From NCBI RefSeq assembly GCF_006345805.1, contig NW_021834143.1:1-26748 (forward strand): a stretch of DNA of 26,748 nt. Reading direction: 5' to 3'. The notes under the pieces were generated by a model, which did not search any database, was not told where the DNA came from, and was given only the letters and a program-made list of their open reading frames with translations. This DNA is from Octopus sinensis (taxonomy: Eukaryota). Below, one piece after another: positions 22,506 to 26,748 of this stretch. Both the position numbers and the translations under genes were made by a program. Within the stretch, counting starts at the first letter, position 1. Every line of letters starts with the position of its first letter.

Positions 22506-22769
22506 ACACTTCACCATCGTATTTAATGGCATTGTTAAATGGACAAGAGGAACAAGCCTGATCCCGTTTTGGGGGTTGCAAAACTGGTGAAAGACGAGAA
22601 GAATTTCCCCTCAGATCTGAGTTAATAATACTATTAGTAGCCATGAACCAATTGCTGGAGTTTGTCTGAACGCCATCGTGGGCGGTAGTGGAGGGGTGGG
22701 GTGGGGTGTTAAACCGGATGATCGTTTAAGTTTGCTACACAAGAACAAGAAATGATACTCCGATGCTCT

Positions 22770-22915
22770 ACCATACAGTTTCTGTCTTTGAAATTACGCT
22801 TACACGACTTTGAAGAAAGGCTGTGCTTGACCAGATGTTGTGTGTAACCAGAGGCTGCGATAGAGACATTGCCCAAAGTGCTCTGCAATAATATCGAAAC
22901 TGGAGCTACGTTGAA
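22770..22915 (-). mobile_element. Highly decayed family A SINE head
   Basis: 'cagtttctgtc', 'gacattgcccaaagtgc' correspond to 4621-4631 and 4681-4698. Confidence 0.45.
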
Positions 22916-24325
22916 TGATTAAAAGTTTTTATTTTTCTTTTTTTTTTTTTTTGATAAAGGGACAGAACTCAAACAATACTACTCCACTTCCTTCGCTATC
23001 AAAATATTTCTGTTGTAAATATTTCATATCGATTAGATTTTGATTTGAGCGTGTAATCGGGAGAAATGAAACGAAATGTCTTTTGTTCACAATTTTCATT
23101 GATCCCTAATCCTTCAATTAATAATGATTTCTGTTCATCTTTCCTTAAACTCTTCAAGAAAAGTTGTTGTTTTTTCAACTACGAATGTTTCGCTTTGTTA
23201 TTGCCGTTGTTGTTATAGCTACAGTCTTGTTGATGTTGTTATTTTTATTATTGATGCTGTTGTTGTTGTTGCTGTCATAATGCAGTCTTGTTGTTGCTGC
23301 TAAGCAACCGACGTCTCCACAGTATATAGAACCGACATCACTCCGGCCGGACATAGGCATTCCCTCAGAAGTGACCAAACCGCTAAGCACACACGAACTT
23401 ACAGTGTTGCGGAACGAAAACGAGGAACCAATGAGAAGAAAGGTATGGAAACACCATGGAGGAGGTAGAAAAGGATTTCGATAGGGGCGGGCAACTGAGG
23501 TTTTGCAGAGCCCTCACTTTAGAAGGTTTTCAAATAATTGGGATTTATACGGATGAAGAGGTCTAATCCATGGACTGTTGCTATCTTCGCTTGGTTAACC
23601 CTGATTGGGTCACCTGGATGAAGATCTCTCAAGTCGAAAGACCCAAACAATTACTGATGATCGTCCTAGTTCGTCCGGATCTATCTTGCATGTGTGTCTG
23701 TGTGTATGTGCGTGCGTGCGTGTGAGTGAGTACGTGTGTGTGTGTGTGTGCGTGAATAGGTGCATGTGTGTATACTCGCACACACCCACAAACTCTTCTA
23801 TACATCTAGATACACACGCACACACACATGTGTATGGCTACAAATGCACATGCACCGCACACTCGGACATAAACCGGAACTACGGGTTTAAGAAATGACC
23901 TGTTTAACCATATATCTGTACCATTTCTATCAATATATTTGATAAACTTTTATAATCAATCAATGAATCTGTTCAAAATGTCGACCTTTTTCTACTAAGG
24001 TATTCCGCCATGTTTATTGTAGATTCCAAAACTGTGATCACTAAAGAATTTATTGATTTCCCAAGATTCTAAAAGTTCTTATTAGCTAATCCCAGTTTAT
24101 TTGAACTTCAACACATTATCAGGTTAATGAAATTCCAACAACTTTTCGCTTTTTTGTTGTGATTTTTTTCTTTTTCTTTTGTTCGTCTGAATCTCTTCCA
24201 TCTTGGCTTTTTAGTTGTTAGGTTGATAGATCAGATTGCAACATATTTTGTCTTTCTTGCAATATTAATGCGAACCTATTAATCCGGCAATCAGTTTATC
24301 TATCACGAATGGATTAAACAATAGT

Positions 24326-24330
24326 TTATC

Positions 24331-24422
<92 letters not shown>

Positions 24423-24466
24423 AGCCAGCCAGATATATATATATATATCTGGCTGGCTGTCTCCTC

Positions 24467-24558
<92 letters not shown>
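24326..24558. repeat. (TATC)n-(TA)n-palindrome-(TATC)n compound array
   Basis: Directly visible; contains a perfect 36-bp palindrome at 24423-24458. Confidence 0.95.
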
Positions 24559-24946
24559 GATAGAGTTGTTGGACCGGCTCGTAAGTCAATCGCCTTTTTT
24601 TATTGTTTATTGGAAAAATTTTGTTTCAAATTTTTCATACGAGGTGTGTAAGACACCCAGCTTTCATCTGGGTGTGTTTTCCGGAGGGGAATTTGCCCCT
24701 AGGGGCAATTTCAGCCCTGTTTTCATATAAAAAGTTTGCTTCTCCAGATTTTTACACATGTCGCCGAAGCGTTTCGTCTAACGCATAAGCGTTATCATCT
24801 ATCTGCCTGACGTTTTGTTTTTTCTTTCGAAGTTTTGAAGTTTTCAAGCGCCCAACTTTCGTTTGGGTATCTTTAAGTGTGGAATTCGCCCCTAGGGGCA
24901 TTTTCATCACCCTTTTAATATCAAAGTTTATTTCTCGATAATAAAA

Positions 24947-26405
24947 ATGTCGAGAAATCTGATTGTTGAACAGCATTCGACACTATTCTCTGAAGAAGAT
25001 TTTCCCAGCCTAGGAATGACAGAAGGAAGAATAGACGATAACGTAAAGTCGAGAACAAAGTTTGAAAAAGACATTGCTGTCAACAACAAAGATATTTCTA
25101 CAACCCTTGATAGCCCTGTCATCACCACCACCACCACCAAAACTACCACATCTACCACCTCCACTGACACAACAACCATTAACAACAACAAGAATAACAA
25201 CAACAAAAATGAAATTGATATAAATGTGCCTGCTATTTCGCAAGATTTGATTATCTCACCTATTACTGGTGAAGATAATATTAAGAAAACAAAATTAACG
25301 TACCCTGGAAATGCTACCAACACTACACCAACTAACACTAATTTTGCTGCGGCAACAACAAACACACACAACGACAACAACTGTCAGAAGAGACCTTCTG
25401 TGAATTTGGCAGCACCCTACGACAAAAAAAAAAAAGAAATTTTACATTTCACAAATGAAGAGTTGGTGGAAACACGGTCACTCTTCACAACTTCTAGACA
25501 AAATCTGATTCTGCACACACCACAACATGTAAAAGAAGACGTACAGAAAAGAACAATTCTATACAGAATTATTAGAAAAAAAAACCCCAAAAAAACAGAA
25601 CAGATAACAAAAACGGATATGGAAAAATGTGCAAAAAATATCATGAAAATTAAAGTGTACATAAACTGGGGTCCCCAATTTAACACAGTATTGGTCCGCT
25701 TCCATGATCAGGAAGAGGCAAAAACTTACTCGATACAGACAATACAAAATGACGAACTCGTCATGGTCCCATACTACATGGGACAGAGAGTGAGTAAGAT
25801 AAAAATAAAGAATGCCCCGCCCGAAATCCAACCAAAATGGATAACATCAGCGATATGTTTTCATTTAAAATCGATTAAGATATTAGTAATCGCCGTTGTT
25901 AACAATGAAAATTGGACGGGGAAATCGATAGATGAAGCTTCTATCGAGAAATTACCAAATACCATTTACCTAGAGAATGGACAAAGCCTATATGTGGTGG
26001 CGGAGGGGAAAAAAACCACGTTGTTACCTCTGTGGCAGCCCAGACCACTTAATTGCAAAGTGCGTTTTTGCACATAAAAAACAAGAACATTTGCAAACAA
26101 AACAGAAAACAAATAAAAAACAACCTTTGCTACCAAACCAACGACTGATGCAAGAATTATATAGAAATATGAAACAACGCCAAGAACAGCAACAAACTAG
26201 CAAACAAAACCCAACAACATCACCAAGAAGAGAAACACCACCACCACGATTACCTCCGACGTCGCAACCAACTAAAGAAACAACACCACAACCAACATCA
26301 AAATACAGACCAACACCAGCACCAAGAACGACAACTAAGAAAACAAATAACAATGACGAAAAGACATTTCAAAAGAAGAGGAAAACACTCAAACTTTCGA
26401 AATGA
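24947..26405 (+). CDS. Retrotransposon ORF1 (gag-like nucleic-acid-binding protein) interrupted by a 1-nt insertion
   Basis: ORFs 24947-26077 and 25977-26405 join at the A7 run 26009-26015 to give …LYVVAEGKKPRCYLCGSPDHLIAKC (CX2CX4HX4C, 26022-26063), preceded by a KIKIKNAPPEI segment and with T/N/P-rich disordered ends. Confidence 0.75.
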
Positions 26406-26471
26406 GTAAGTAACCTTCCCTCTCGTCTCTTTCAATGTCGTGTGTGAAACACACATTTTTGACCATCAATT

Positions 26472-26748
26472 ATGCTTAAATTAGGTTGTGTGAATGTGCA
26501 TGGCTTGGCGTCGGCTTGGAAGCAAGGTTACCTTCTAAATGACATCAAGTCACTGAACGTTGATATAGTAGCTATCAGTGAAACCAGACTCAGTAAGCCG
26601 CGGGCCCTCGCGTCTATGTTTGGCGGTCAATTTCGACATTTATTTTCTCCCTGTCTGCCAAACATGGGTGGTGGTGTAACCGCGGTGCTTTTTCGAAGAG
26701 TCTAAACGTAAAAGTAAGATCAATATTCCTAGAGGGTAGGCTGGTTGT
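26472..26748 (+). CDS. Retrotransposon ORF2 N-terminus, apurinic-like (APE) endonuclease; partial and frameshifted
   Basis: MLKLGCVNVHGL…LNVDIVAISETR…GGGVTAVLF contains the conserved Asn, the catalytic Glu (SET) and the G-V-A-L motifs. After a 1-nt deletion near 26698 the frame continues SLNVKVRSIFLEGRLVV. Confidence 0.82.

Larger units (their letters stand above)
24559..26748 (+). mobile_element. L1/Tx1-clade non-LTR retrotransposon, 5' part (5' UTR, ORF1, start of ORF2); continues beyond the window
   Basis: About 390 nt of 5' UTR, ORF1 with a single CCHC knuckle, a 66-nt spacer, and ORF2 beginning with an APE endonuclease of Tx1-like style. Clade assignment is by motif recognition only. 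Confidence 0.8.

Noticed and set aside
23175-23512. Minus-strand open frame of about 110 codons ending in poly-Asn, with an internal GTAAGT donor
   Set aside because: There is no recognisable homology, the tail is low-complexity, and it conflicts with the equally weak plus-strand exon model.
244-23898. Most ORFs in the six-frame track (MYVC, HTHT, IYIY, poly-S/E/L/V/M/C)
   Set aside because: They are translations of stop-free microsatellite frames, with no domain content.
26003-26020. Programmed ribosomal frameshift at GGGGAAAAAAA in ORF1
   Set aside because: The shift required is +1 rather than the canonical -1 slippery-heptamer type, and the zinc knuckle is normally an integral part of ORF1. 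An indel or sequencing error is simpler.
1-26748. CRISPR arrays, bacterial operons, rRNA or true tRNA genes
   Set aside because: There are no repeat-spacer arrays and no prokaryotic gene density. The tRNA-like A/B boxes are SINE heads without a complete cloverleaf.

Overview
AT-rich, extremely microsatellite-dense animal genomic DNA, most likely an octopus or other coleoid cephalopod. That is inferred from recognising its tRNA-derived SINE families, not from a database search. No host protein-coding gene can be firmly supported, and most ORFs in the supplied track are translations of simple repeats. The recognisable content is retroelement-derived. It includes an RTE RT C-terminal fragment (1996-2215) and a CR1/L2-type 3' fragment with 3' UTR (13915-14505). 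There are two pieces of R4/Dong-clade RLE elements on the minus strand: a 3' piece embedded in (TAA)n at 10217-10650 and a 5' piece at 18540-19657. The 5' part of a nearly intact L1/Tx1-clade element (ORF1 with CCHC knuckle, start of the APE endonuclease ORF2) runs from about 24559 off the window end. About 20 SINE or SINE-like copies from several families are also present. The most interesting signals are: a degenerate HDV-like ribozyme fold at the R4 5' junction; an R4-5'/SINE-3' fusion; a Tx1 element abutting a (TATC)n array and carrying duplicated, covarying 5'-UTR hairpin modules; and an apparent partitioning of different retroelements among different microsatellite types. Repeat boundaries are approximate (about +/-20 nt).
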